From contig JAQGDQ010000197.1 in NCBI GenBank assembly GCA_030141605.1, positions 1 to 64,000 on the forward strand: a stretch of 64,000 bases of DNA, read 5' to 3'. Numbering within the stretch: the first letter of the stretch is position 1; the number at the start of each line of letters is the position of its first letter. Source of the DNA: Tubiluchus corallicola. Its lineage: Eukaryota; Animalia; Priapulida. Under the pieces are notes generated by a model. The model had not been told where the DNA came from. It did not search any database and saw nothing but the letters and a program-made list of their open reading frames with translations. Position numbers and translations under genes: made by a program. Below, in pieces: positions 12,370 through 27,300 of this stretch.

Positions 12370-15300
12370 ATGAGTGAGTCAAGGAATGCCCAGAGGTCTG
12401 AGCAAAGCGAAACAGAATTTAAGGGTTGGCTGTACAAGTGGACAAATTATTTAAAGGGTTATCAGAAACGATGGTTCGTGTTAAGCAGTGGTAATGGACT
12501 GTTGTCTTATTACAGGTAACTTAATCTAGATTTTTATTGCATTAATAAAATTGGATATGGCCTCACAAGAGGTTTAAATCCAAATTCGCTGTTTTGCGAG
12601 TTTAGTGCATAGTGATAGTTGATAATTGATTTTTGTATGGAAAAAATGTGTGAAAAGTCAAGTAAATGGTCAATGATTTTATTTAAGATTAATAAAATTA
12701 GGGGCGACGGATACAAGCTTTAGAAAAACGGTGAACCCGGCAAAAAAGCTGCTGGGGCAGCAGATTAAAAACAGCAATTAAGGCAGCAGAGGATTTTTGA
12801 GAAATAGGGACTCGAAGAATGATGACCTTCAGTTTAAAAAAAATACATGGCAAGTAATATGACGAAGAAGAGAAACTATAAAGAACTAACACTGAACGCA
12901 AAAAATGGTCAAATTAAACAAACTCATGTATACAAATACTTGTGAGATTGATTTAATAGCAAAAACAATTATCAGCTTCTGTTTGAAAAAGAAAAGAGAA
13001 GCTGAAATTTATGATCTCAGAAGTAATGAATACTAGTTGCGAATCTAAAGTTGGAACTCAGGGCTAGATTAATGTATAGACAAACTAAGCATGTACTTAG
13101 GGCACCAAGCTGGCAAAAAATAAATTGAAAGCAGATAAATTTTTAATAAAGTATGTTAAAGACCATAAACGTTTTTCACAGTTCAAAATGTGAGGTAGAG
13201 GGCTACAGGAGAATAAAGCATCGTGGCTAGGTTGTTTTTCATATCATTACATAGCATCATATCAACTACCTGATATGTATTAGCAATGTATTGATATTTT
13301 TGCTGTTCATCTATATGAACAATATTACTAATCATGTCACGCTATATCGAGGAATGGGTGGTGAAAAGCCTCCAAAATGGCCCCTTTTGCCCGCAAAATT
13401 TATACCTCTTATTTCTAGACATCTGGAACAGGCCAGGCTGGTGCTGGTAATGGTTGGATATGGTGGGTGTAGCAGACATATTTCCCATTTTTACTGCACC
13501 TGATGGGACTTTAGGAAGGAGATCTATAGCTCTTTGGAAAAGGGAGCTACATGATGATATTAAGCACATTATGAATAAATATGAAATATACCAATATCAA
13601 TATGATACAGTGAATATAAATGCAATAACCAAATATTAATCAAAGGAGAAAAATGAAATTCATTTATTTATAGAAAAAGAAATTAAACTTAAAATTGAAA
13701 CAATGACAAAATTAAGATTCTTAAAAACCAAAAGCTTTCAAAGACAAATGTATGTTTAAAAATGCAGGTTAGATGAAATGAAAGATATTATTTCAATCAG
13801 GCGTAACATGATAGATGTTAAAGCGAATTGTAAAAAAGCTGTATAAAATGGATCTGAAATGTTCTTTATGCCATATAGCAGCGGCTACTACTAACTAAAC
13901 ATCTTCTTGAATGTAAAGCTGTGTATGTCGACAAATTGGCCTATCAGCGCAAAATGTTCATTTCGGCTTCACTGATGAAAGCCATGATATCCTGAGATGA
14001 TTTGATGATACCAAAATAACTGTTAGTTTTGGTTTGGACTTTTAATCAAATGATTGCTTGCTCTGCTAGCAGTTAAGTGGCTGCCTGAAATTTATATCAT
14101 CTTCTGTGAGCCTGCAACTCATAATATGAGGAGCTGATTCACCACTTGTTTTGTTGTGCTACCGAATCAACTGCAAAGCAACTTACATGGCATGCAGAGA
14201 TATCTTTGTTTAAAACTCCAGTTATTTCAGCACATTGTTTTTACAATAAAAGTCATTAAAGCAGGACTTCCCCTCCCCTTATCAGTAATTGAAAACAATC
14301 ACTAAATGTTCTAATGCTTATATTCATTTGATGTGTTCTAACTGCTATTCTGAAAGGGGCCCACCCCCGAAATCTGCCACTGGTAATTTACAATGATGTT
14401 GTCATAAAGCTTTGTTGCGTTTCTATAAAGGACTTTCAACAGTATTGTGATCCTGCATATACAACTTGAATTGTTTTCACCTTAACTCACTATTCTGACT
14501 ACCCCACCATTGTAAATGTTCAATAGGAGACTTGGCAGCTTCTTGGGAAGAACCCGTGATGAGGTTATGCAATACATTTCTTAAGGATTGTCAAGTTACT
14601 TGTGGTAGGTGCACATCCATAGAGGGCTACTGTACAAATAAAAAACTGTAAAATGTAAGAATAATCGTAATATATGCTAGCTTTTTCAAAGTTTCACCTG
14701 TCGTATATTTTTCATTTAACTACGATAAAAATAATGCTATAAACCATTACTAGTTTTATCCAGAATTTATGCTATTAGGCACTGTTTGCATTTGCTACAC
14801 GAATAATTACCCTTATTAATCATCACCCGAGCCTGATAGTTCAACCTGGTTCCAATGTGAAAATGTGGTACCTAGGCTGACATTGCTAATTTGTTGATAA
14901 AGCATGAAATTGAGTAATTAAGAAGTCTGGCAGATAAAAACTCAGTCCAATTGCCTTGTGTGCTTTGCAAACCAGCTATCAATTAACTACAAAAAAACCA
15001 AATTTATGATAATCAACAATAAGCAAATTAACAATGCTAATAATCCAAAATTTCATATTATAATAAACAAACACAAAATTGAAGAAACAGACAACATCAA
15101 ATACTTGGGCCTACTCATTGATAATAAATTAACATGGGAACCACATATAAAACACATAACATACAAATTAAGTCGAATTACTGGAATAATTTTAAAAGTA
15201 AGGCACTACGTTGACCAATATATTCTGAAACTTCTATATAATTCGTTAGTTTTCCCTTATTTACAATATCCCATCTTAGCATGGGGTACAGCTTTTGCAT

Positions 15301-18300
15301 CAACTCAAAAATTAATACAGACACAACAAAACAAAATAGTAAAATTAATAACTTTTGCTCGCAAATATGATCATGCTACACCATCGTTCGTAAAATTAAA
15401 AATTTTAAAAGTAAGAGATATTTACAATCTTGAGTTGTTCAAATTTATGTATAAATTCAATGCTGGTTTATTACCCGAACTTTTTAGAGAATATTTCACT
15501 AATGTTTCTGATATACATTCCTACTCCACAAGAGCTGCTTCTAATGAACAGTATTTTGTGGAGAGATTTTTTACCCGACATGGTTTCAATAGCTTAAAAT
15601 CACGAGGAGTTAAATTATGGAACTCGTTGCCAAAAGATACCTTTGGCGGTAGCTTATTTTCTGCTTCCAAAAAATACACAAAATTCTTACTAAATGAATA
15701 TACCTGTAATACATAACTTGTAAGACTAATAAGCAAGCTATCAAGTGTGTTTTTTTCTTCTCATCTCCTAAGTAATTGTTGCTCTTTCTTATACTTACTT
15801 TTTCTCTTAAATTTTCTATATTACACTTTTTTTTGATACTTATTTTATCTCTCCATACAGTCAAAATCCCCTGTCAATAAGGCCCCTATATGAAAATATA
15901 TATAATAATCATAATTACTTGTATTGTTTTGTTTAGATTTTGGTGTCATCTAACTTTATTATTTTTTGTTTTCACTTATACTGTTTTCATTTATACTTTG
16001 TTTTCATTTATACTGTTTATTATTATTATTTTTTTTCCTATTTGATTTTGTTATCCGCAGTCTCACCATTTACTTTTAATATACTAATTTAATTATTAGA
16101 CAGGGCAGGAGACTAGATGACCCTATGGTCCTTCCCTGCCCTGCTCCACTACTATAATTAAGTAATAACTAAAAAAACTTGTCATGTCAAACAAATGGAG
16201 AAAATAAATGTTCTATGTCTATGTGTGGTAAAACATTAATTTTCATGACTCATAGCATGTGTGTTCAGGCCCTCAGCTTGTAATAACTGAATACTTGTTG
16301 TTAAGATAACAGTGCAGTTAGTTGAAATGCACCAGTGGTTGTTTTTATTTGTGAATGTAAATGATTACAGTTTGTGCATTGCCACTGAATCTTTACAGTC
16401 GGGTGTACATGACGATGTAAGAAAAAAGGTAGGCCCACCCTGAGTCAGATTTTTGCTACCTGTGCTAACACTTATGTTAGGTAGGCTACTGCAGACAATC
16501 ACTTATAATTTTCTAAATGATTCAACTATAGCCGTACAGCATTTATTTTAGTAAAAGTGAATGAGCCTTTTCACAGTTTCGCTATCTGCATGTGCAGTTG
16601 CTGTAGGTCAAAGGTTAGGTGAACCTCAGCAACGTGTCTTAAGTACTAGCCACATGACATGTGGGTAAAGCAAAGCTGTCTACCACATCAATTCAGTAAC
16701 TTCAGTTATTTTATGTGGACTTTACCTAATTATGCATTAGTCTGTGTGATGTATAGTGAGTGATCTTGCAAGATCTTGCTTTGGAACAAGAAAAAAATGT
16801 ACTAGGTAAGGTTCTAGCTAGCTGTTAACACTGTTACTATTACAATAGCATGGGCTAAAGTTACTGACAACAATAAGCCTCTAATTTTTTAAAGATTCAT
16901 AGCTTGCTTGCTTATTTGTTCTTCTTTTTCTATCAATGTGTATATTGCCAACTCAAACTATTAAATTTCTCATTGAGAAACTAGTTTAGTTGCTGCTGCT
17001 GTAGTGGTGAAAGTATTCCTGAATGGTACTAAAAAACTAATAAAGTAATTAAAAACTTAAATTATACTATGATAATTTTTTTTCAAAAATAAAACAGAAT
17101 TCTCACATGTCATTGGTATAATTTTTAATTTTTTGAAGTTTCTTAAAACTTCACTGGGGAACTTTTCAGAGGTATCCAGATCTCCTACCTGCTATTTCGG
17201 TAGAATCTCTTGGATTAACACTCAAAAATTGGCAGTGTACTTTATACATGAAACTCTGTGAAATGTGTTGCCATGTCAACAACTGCAGCACTATCGTAAG
17301 AGGTGCTTTCACAAACAATAGCACACAAGGTTCAAGAGAATGCTGATTTAATTTGTAAGAAATATAAAATACATAAAAAGTTGCAAAGCAATTGTCTGAC
17401 TATAGGTTACCAAAATTGTTGGCATCTTACATGTAACATATTTTTTGCAGCAAGGCAAGACTCTTAGGGTTTCCAGTAATGTCCAGAAATTCGTTTATTA
17501 ACATTAACTTCTCTGATTGCGTTATATCTGTCATCCTCAGTGCACATTCAAAAGCGCTCAATGAAAAGTTACAAACCAAGTAGAAGCAGATATCGTGGAC
17601 ACCAGAAAGACACTGTTTTGGCTGTCCAATGCAATGTCTAGCTCGTTTCCAAATTGAGCACTTTTTTGCATTTAGTGAGGTCTTTAGCTGGAACTTTATT
17701 ATTTCAGAACTCATGCTGAAGTGGCACATACGTGTCGGGGAACTATCTCTCTTCAAGGTGCATTCATCCACACGGAAGATTCAAACAATTTTACTGTTTC
17801 AAATGGAGGATCAAGAACATTTCATCTAAAAGTAGGGTTTTTATTGCTTTATTATTTATAAAAGCATATATGTTTCTGAACTTAATTAATGGCTTGTACA
17901 TTTACTATTTAGAGACAAGTAAATTTACATGCACGTGCTGTAAATGCTTCTCTGTTGGCAACTTCTACTTAAGTACTGCTATCATATTTTGATTTATTTT
18001 TTAGGTTTATTATGCATTATTTCAATGCGTAAGGCACCATACATAAATTTCAATGTGATCACGAATTACGTATTTAGTTTTTTGTCCAGTGAGTCTCAGT
18101 CTATGTGCATTGCAACAACTATAGGGTTACAACTAATATTGAATATTTCAGGTAGATTACACATCTTGTTAGTGATCACAGTTTCAGCCAGAGAGCAAAT
18201 TCTGTAAACAAACATGGCTGCACACACAGGAAAACAGCGATCTTTTAAATTAAAAAATATGCTTTAATGTGATTGAAACTTTCAGCTATGTATGAAAATT

Positions 18301-21300
18301 TGGAGAACATGTAAAGTTCGATTGGTTCGATTCGTTGAATAACCTGGCAAAATAAACATATAGAGCCAGTTAAGGTCGTATATTTTTTCCTTGAAAAGTA
18401 CCCGTATACGTGTGTTACTAAATTTACTGTCTTCAACTTAAACATAAAATTACCATGTACCCGTGTACCCCCAAGTTATTCATAGCTAGTGTTTGTCATT
18501 CTCTATGCAGGATCTAGGATCTTTTTCTTTGAGTGCGCAAAAGCTCCAATTTGTTCGATACCCAATCACTGCTTCAAAGCTTTAATTTGTAACTGAAAAC
18601 TGAATTCAATTGTCATTTTTGGCTTGATACAATAAATTCTACTTGGGCAACTTTACAAATTAAGCAAATAGAGTAGGTCTTTCAAAAACATTTTTAAAAG
18701 GTCAGCAGATTATCAGAATGATAAACAGTTTAACAGTTTATTCTTTATAAGCTTTCACCATAATGAAATAGTATCAATGGTGTTTTATAAAATAATGCTT
18801 TGTAATAATAATAGCACATAAATCATTAGTACAGAATCACCTAAAATCTAAAAAAATCACTTTAAATTATGATAGAAATAAAAAAATCATCAATAAAAAC
18901 TAAATCATCGCACTAATAAAACGTCTTAAACTGTAATAATTAAAATGATAGACCCATATTTTTAGATACCACTTCAGTTACCAAATAGACCTATTGTATT
19001 AATTTATACAAATGCTTACTGAAACAGGTGAGTCTTTACAAACAAATTTTGCACACCTTTCGTAAGATAGAGACTGCCAGTAGGTCTTGAGGTGCATGAA
19101 ACATGCGATGATTTTGTGTGTTTGTTTGTTTGATTTTATTCTGTTATTATTATCGAGCGAAAACATTGTTTAGGCCGCATCTGAGGTGGAGAGGCAAAAA
19201 TGGGTGACTGCTATTGAGCTTGCCAAAGCGAAAGCAATTCGCAAGATGGAAGAAGGTTAGTTGTGTAAGCAGGTGTCTGCATTCTGCAAGATATTGATCT
19301 TGTATTATTTATAACCATAATTTGATTTTCTTGTCTGGATAATGGTCTAATGTTCGTTACGTGTACATGCATTATAGAAATCCTAACTTAAAAATCCACT
19401 TTTAAGACAAGTTAATGCATCTGTGGCTTCAGTACACTTGACACCTATTATGTGTGTGGCTAAGGCAATTTAGCTGAGTAATCACAGTGTCTGCTTAATG
19501 ACCAAAGTTAAGCAGTGGTGAACCTAATTAGTAATTTGAAAAATTTTCTAGGTAGTTTATTTTATGTTAATTTTTCATTTGCCTTACCATTTATTGTGTT
19601 GTGGAAGAATGTATATCAGCTTGAACATGGTTAAGATGCCTCTGCTGATTTAGTACCTCATCTTAGATTATGCAATCTTATGAGGTACAGTAGTTAGTGT
19701 TCACTTGTGCCACAATAATTATTATAGTAACTAGGTCTTGTTGTGAAATGCTGCTGGAACTGTTTCTGGAGGGCAACTTGCAGAATGTCAAACTGCATGA
19801 AAAAATGTCACTGATGATAATTCCTCTTTTGTTAATAATCCTACATTTCATGCTTAATTTCTTGCAAAGATGTGAGGCATTTTTAACCAATCTCAGATTG
19901 AATCCTTATTGAAATCCCCAGATCATGAACAAATTCCATGCTAGTGTTGTTTAATATGCCTTTGATACAAACAACTCATTCAAACTGATATAGTCCAGAT
20001 CTAAGTAGGATTATAAAATTTGTGCAAAATTCTGATATATTCACTTTTGTATCTTATTTTGCTGAGGACAAAAATAAATTTATTTTATTTTAGCTGATGA
20101 AGAAGTGGTTCAACCAGAACAACCAGATAAGAATGAATTGCAGAATACTCTACGTTTGCTCAACACTAAATTAGAAGAACTTAACACTTGTAATGATTTA
20201 ATAACTAAACATGGTAAGCATTCATGCATCTTCTTATACTACTTACTTCTGGGGTTCCCACTTGTGGCTGAGCAAAGATTACACTGTATGTAGTATGTAG
20301 GTTTGGAAACTGGAAAACTTATTAACTGTGCACAAATATCCTATGTTTTGACAGGGAGTCAAAAAGTCTTCCCAAGTAAAATACGTGACTAAATTAATAA
20401 GTTAATTATTTCAGAAGCTAGCCATAAGAGTAGATCTATAATAATATGTTGGAGTATTGGAAAGGCTGAAATTTCCAGAAAACAGCGTGAAATATTGAGG
20501 GTTGTTTTCCAGAATCACTGAAGGGCCTATGAAATACCAAGGACTGTTCTCCTGATTATCTTTCATAATGAGTTAGGATAATACCATCAACCAGCCTTAA
20601 AATCCATAGAAGTGAATTATTGATTATTTGATTTTCACTAGGTGCAACACTACAGAGGTCACTTGCTGAGTTGGAAAATTTGTCGACAACATCTCCGCAA
20701 GAACTTCCACAAAGATTCAAAACTGCCAATGAACGAGCGACGTTGTTTCGAATTACGACAAATGCAATGATCAATGTGCGTACATTCTTTCAAATTTTAT
20801 TTTTTGCTGTAACTGTGATTAATAAGTTACAATAACTTTGTTACCTTAGTGCATGTATCATGCTAAGCTAGCTGATTGACGTCAAACATATTGATCTATC
20901 GCTTCGCCTCCGCTGTGACATAAGCATGCTCAGCGGTATCCGGGAGAACAGTTCACGCTGGACAACAACTGTCCAAACTAAGCGAACACGAAATTAACAC
21001 TTCAAATAATGTAGAGACGAAGTTTCAAAGCACTTCAAAATACAGAGACACAAGTATAATAAAGAAACTAAGCCGGTTAGCCTTGCTTTACAATAAATGA
21101 GCAACAAAAATATTAAGTCTTTCTTGCCTTTAAACATACGAACATCAAGCCTCCAATGTATTTTTCTATATTAATTGATCATGTGCTCGTCTGCAAGATT
21201 TGTTAAGTTTTTGTATTTCTCCGCGTGTCAGGCTATGGAAATGGAATAAATTTGACTGTTCCATTCCATAGACGACCCTTATATTGAATGCCCGAGTCAC

Positions 21301-24300
21301 ATAAATCCCATTGGCATCTTTTAATTATGATTATAACCAAAAAAATAGCGTAAAATTAACTAATATTACATTGATGTATGATATAAGTTTTGACAACATT
21401 TGAATTAATTTTGACAGTGAAGATCTCATTGAGGTTTATAAAAACTGGCCAGAAAAAAAACCATTTTGTTTTGTCCTTATTTAAAGTTAATCAAATACTT
21501 GTTTTTGTCTAACTTGCAAAGTCATAAACTAAACTAAACTGCGTATTTTCTTGATTGGAAAATGGTTTAATCAACAACTCATAGACATAAGCTTGTGCAT
21601 TTCTTCCTATAAACGAAACTAGACTATATATTTCCATCAATTCACTTGCAATTTCAGTTGACAATATAGTAAAATCTAGAACCAAGCCAATATTTCTCCC
21701 GCTAGCTAATGAAAAGTTGAGCATTTTTCATAACAGTGTTAGACAGAGCTATGGCTAAATGTCCCGAACGTACCTACTTTAATTAAGCTCTGCAGGGGTG
21801 TGTGAAATAACTTGCACGCTGACTGGGCAGTCAACGAAAATGATTAACATTATATTAGATATCAATTGCAAAAACTTCCATGCATTTGGCTTTCGTTCTA
21901 AGCATTACAGTGGCTCAGTGAACATCTGTGGTTGTTTGAAGAAGAGCTTATAAATTTCAAAATCAGCTCAATAAATGATCTGATCAAATTATTGTAATTA
22001 AAATATAACTTGTAAGTTTGGGAAGTATAGAGTATAATTTTATGTAGGTCTGCTTGAAACAATGGTAGAAATTAGAAAATATTTTCATTTGTAGCAACTG
22101 TATTTATCAATTTTCAGTCCGGCAGTCAGCAGCACAGTTGGTAGAATGATAGCTGTGGTCCGGTGAAACAGGAACTGAACTCATTATCAAGAGTAACTTT
22201 CGAGATTATACAGTGAACTGGTCGAGATGTCTTGACTATGGTCAGTTGTGTACACTCTCCCATAATGATAGAAATGGCCAGTGTGAGCCCAATTGAGTCC
22301 AGTTTACTGTCCAGTTTCTGCTTTACTGAACTGTTGTAGACTTGCCATTGTCACTCAGACACAACAAAATTACAAAGTAACACAAACAAGAAATGATGAA
22401 GACAAAACCGTATCACCACTTGTTGGTTGGCTGAAATTAAGATTCTGGTATTTTATGAGCATTTTTATTTAAGATAAATTTTTAAAACTGCAGAATATGT
22501 AAAATAACTTGTTTTTGCTGTTTTATTTTCAGGCTTGTTCAGATTATGTGAAGCTGACGCAACAGCAGGGTCATCGCTGGGTAAGAGCTCTACAGTATGA
22601 ACACGAGCAAAGACTTCAGCTGGAGGAAATGGTTGAACAACTGGCTAGACAGCATAGTAGTCTAGAAAATGCTGCTAGGCAACTAGCACCTGAACCCTTG
22701 AAAGCTAAAACAAGTACAGGCGGTATGATTTGCTACCACCCAATTTTTGCTTTGAAGGTCTTTCCGATGTCCTCAACAAAGTCCAGAAGTTGTAATTTGC
22801 AAATTTACTTACAATTACTGTAAGTAGTTATAAGTTTGCATTTTTGAAGCCAAGCAAGCCTTTTCACAGTTTTGTTGTGCGCACGCACAGTTGCTGCAAG
22901 TCAAAGGTTAAATGCACCAGAGCAACGCATCTTAATTACAACCATCACGTGATGTGGGTAAAGCAAAACCATCTGCGATGTCTGGTTCACTTAACCTTTG
23001 ACCTTTTCACGATCATCATCTATAATAACGGTTTATGCCTTCCTTGGTGACGTCGAGTTCGATCAAACACAAGTAATTTTACTCATTTTTACCTAAACTG
23101 TATAAAAAAAGGAAAAATATTGTATTTTCTTGGCAATCAAAAACAGAAATACTGTGAAAAATAGCGACTGCCTTTCTCATGTTTTTGCTGGACTATGCGT
23201 GAAATATTAATTTTTGCATTTGGTTGTTTGCTTGCAGCTCATTTGACTCCAGAAAGCGATGAAGACGAATTCCACGATGCAGTGGAAACAAATGAAGTAG
23301 ATTTTGAGGTCGAAATACCCGTGAAGACACATAGGTGTGTAAACCATATAAACATTGTTTATAAGGCCTATATAACCCCAACAGACATTGAAGTTTTTAT
23401 TAACGCATTATTATGATTACACATAAAATTGATGGTTATTTTTCATGAAAGAAACTTATAATTAAATAACTTACCTTTTTGCTCACGAATTTCGAACACG
23501 TGCATTGTCGTAAGGATCACCATGTTTCATGTCTTTGGCGCGAGTAAGCGAGAATGACGTACATTGTTCTTCAGAATGCGTCTTTGGTTACCAATGTTTG
23601 TTTATTGATCTTTGATGACCTCATAATGTCATTTACGTCTCTCAACAAAAAACTGCAGTTTTTCAAATTTAATACTGCTAATAGTGAAGTGATAAAAAAT
23701 CAAAGGAAACAAGTTTTACAGTAAGTTTAAATAAAATAAATCAAATATTTGTAATGAGAATAGGATTTTAGGTTGTAAAAGCTTATATTATGGTGAGGAT
23801 TTAGTTTTACTTTAATAATAATAATTTATTTTTTATAATTTGTAATTATGTCCACGAGTATCGCTGTAATGGGATGTTTAAGCAACTCAGCTGAATCGAT
23901 CAAGGCTGAATGAGTTCTAGCACTTTTGGTGACAATGACTGAATCCTAGCTGATACAGTGCATTTAAGATTTGATGTATAGTTTTTTAGTTAAATTTGGT
24001 TCGAGAAGATTGCATTGAAAAGCACTGGTAAATTCTTTTATGGCTTTCCAAGTTTTATCTTGTAAATTTGCACTTATTTACAGTCAACCACACATATAAC
24101 AAAAAACAGAATAACATAATAAATCTTTGTGACAAGCAGAACAAAGCATTGCAGTATTTGCTCTAGAGTAATTAAATTATAATTGTATGTTTACCTGTAC
24201 GTAATCAAGTTGTACTATGTTTAGGAGAACAGCCAGTGGCATAAGTATAGCATCCATGGGTTCTGAAGGTGCATGCTATGATGAAGAAGATCAAATGTCT

Positions 24301-27300
24301 AATGGCGAATATGGTGAGATGTATCGCAAGAAATCCGTCACTGCCAGTGTTGTAGCTACAAAGAGCAAGTCTAGCAAAGACAAGATACACGTATAAAATT
24401 CCCTCTAAATTTATTTCTATTTAAGCAGAAACTTGTTTATATTATCATTTTAATATCGCTTTAACAAGTCATGTAGCTTTAGCATTGTCAAGAATTCATT
24501 TTATAATGTGAATTCACTTGATATGAGATGAACTTTTGAGTTTGAATCATAGATTTAAATGCCACACGTCGGCGAAAGATTGAACAATACATTGCGAGTG
24601 TGTTTGCGTACTGCTGTTTTTGCCTAACAAATGAACGCAGTTTTTACCTAAGTACATCTTACCCGTTGTTTGTCTTACAGCAGACTGTTGATTTTGTATA
24701 ACAAAATGGCACCCATTGTTGGCAATTTGTACAAGTCTAGCAGTTTCTTTGCTCCTGTGCAGCATGTCATTCTATGACCTGAAAGCACAATTTGTGCAAT
24801 GTGTGGTGTACATTTATTTATTTTATATCACGTTTATTTCAGGTTATGACAAGTACCATAGAACAGTAAATAAAAAGATTTCATTAAAATCATTATCTAA
24901 AAATGTTGCAAGACAAATAAAAATAAATATTTGCACAAAGAACAGAGGATTAGTAAGTTAAATATTTTAAAAAATTGTTAGTAAGTGTGTATTCCCAAGG
25001 GGCAAAAATTTTCGAAGTTAAAATGACATCAGTATTCAGAATAAAAATGTGTATGACTATGTTGTTTGAATTTAGAACGCGCTGACGAAGACTAAAGTAA
25101 CTTCTATTTATTATATACTAGTTATTCTAGCACATTACTTTCTGTGCTTTTTCCCTTCACAATGACAATGAATTATTGCTTAATTTAGTCAGATGAGGTA
25201 CAAGATTTGCATCGAAAACGCTGTCATTCGGAACAATTATTCCAGCACCGGCAAGCGCCATTTATCCGATGCACTAGTGCTCCGGGCACACCAGTGCATC
25301 CTTCGACTACTAGGAGACGTCGAACTGGGATTAAAGACCGTCCAAATCACAGTCTGAACCTGTGGAGTATCATGAAGAATTGCATCGGCAAAGAACTCTC
25401 AAAAATTCCCATGCCGGTAAGTGCGAATATACCTGCCTGATCTTTTATTTCTTTACTCGGTTGAGTTACTGTAACTTGATGTCTACTGCCTAGTGATGTC
25501 AACCATGTATTGACTTATCTAGAATTTCTAAGGTTTAAACTTGTAAGTCTGAAAATGTTCACTTAATGTTCACTCAATTAAATAATTGGCTGTAAATATG
25601 TTGTATTAAGTAACCACAAAATTTTATATGAAATTCTCATAACATTTTTACATGAAAAACGTGTGTATTGAACTCGCCTCATAAGTGTCAAAGGTGTGTG
25701 TGCAAACTAAATAATCTAAATTTTAAATGCGCTTGATCATCCTAATCACAACACAAAATTAAATTTGGAATTGAAAGAACATTTTAACTACTACTTGTTT
25801 TTTTAATTGATTTTGAAACTTCATTTGAGAGAAACTATAATGCAGTATTTATTTTTACCATGTTGCAGGGTGAGCTATGGTTTACTCATCTCACAATTTT
25901 GCCCATTCTGTTTCATTTGAATTGCCCATTTTTCAAACCATAAAAATCCAATTGTGGACTTTAGAAACTAATTCTATTCTTATATATCTAATGAGCAAGT
26001 TGATACCTCTGTGCACATGTATAATGAAAGAAATAGCTGGAAATAGCTTTTGTTTTTACATATGCAAATTCTTTCCTTTGGTTTTTTCACTGATTATTCA
26101 CGAAAATGTAGCATAAAAAAACTTGCAGTGTATTATTGTATTCCTGTAGGTTAATTTTAGTGAACCGCTTTCAATGCTGCAGCGATTGACAGAAGATTTT
26201 GAATACGCTTACCTACTAGATGGTGCTGCTCAATGTGATGATCCACATGAACAGATGGCGTATGTTGCAGCCTTCACTGTCTCATCATACTCAACGACAA
26301 CGAATAGAACTTACAAACCATTTAATCCATTATTAGGCGAAACTTACGAATGTGATAGACGTGATGATTTAGGCTGGCGTGCCTTTTCTGAACAGGTAAC
26401 GTTGTTTTTGTTGCTTGGTGTATTGCAATTGCACAGAATTGTGGGATTGATGATAATGCATGGCTAATTTGGTGAGAAACTAAGGGGAAATTCAAGTTAC
26501 ACTGTTATGGTTATTTGAATGACAGTAAGGTGTATTGCATGTAACATTAATCTACATGTCTTGGGATGACTTATGCTTGATTATACAGTAGGCGCTGCTT
26601 AATAGACTTACATTGGGTTGGAAGTGGTTTAACCAAATTATGCGATTGATATTATTAGCCAAAGGGTGTAGTATTACTAGTACAGAAGTTTGAGTCATTA
26701 TCACTCTTCAACTTAGTATGCACTGTAAAGGCTGTGAGAGCTTTAAATGTCAAGTCTTTATGCTTATGCTCTATATTTCAAAATTAATTCTGTGCTCTTA
26801 ATTGTTCTATGATCGTCTGCAATTTCGAAGAAAATGCATCTATGGCATAGCAATAACAGTTAATTGATTAAACCTTCTATGAGAAGCTGCAAGAGCTTAA
26901 AAAAGAAACTGCTATAGGCATGTGATTAAAAGTTTAGCTTCCATAAATTCTTGGGCAAGAAGGTTACTTGCATGGGATGAGCGGGTGACAGGTTCAAACC
27001 ATGTATTAGTGCATGATAAACGACCTGCTTACATACAAAATGGTACATAATATAATTGTTTCTACGTATGGTATAGTGTACAAAAGTGAAGTAACGGTGA
27101 AATAAAAGTAGTAAAAGCTCGGTCATACAAAAGTGTTTTATTTTAAGTACGTTAAGTGAAAATATTGAGGGAATTGTTTAGAATTATTTGATACAATTGT
27201 ATCAGTTTTATATACACCTGAATAGAAGCGGCACGTTCCAGACGTTTTAAGTCATTTCGGCGATTGATTCTGTTAACTGTGAGTCTAATAAATGGTGTCT

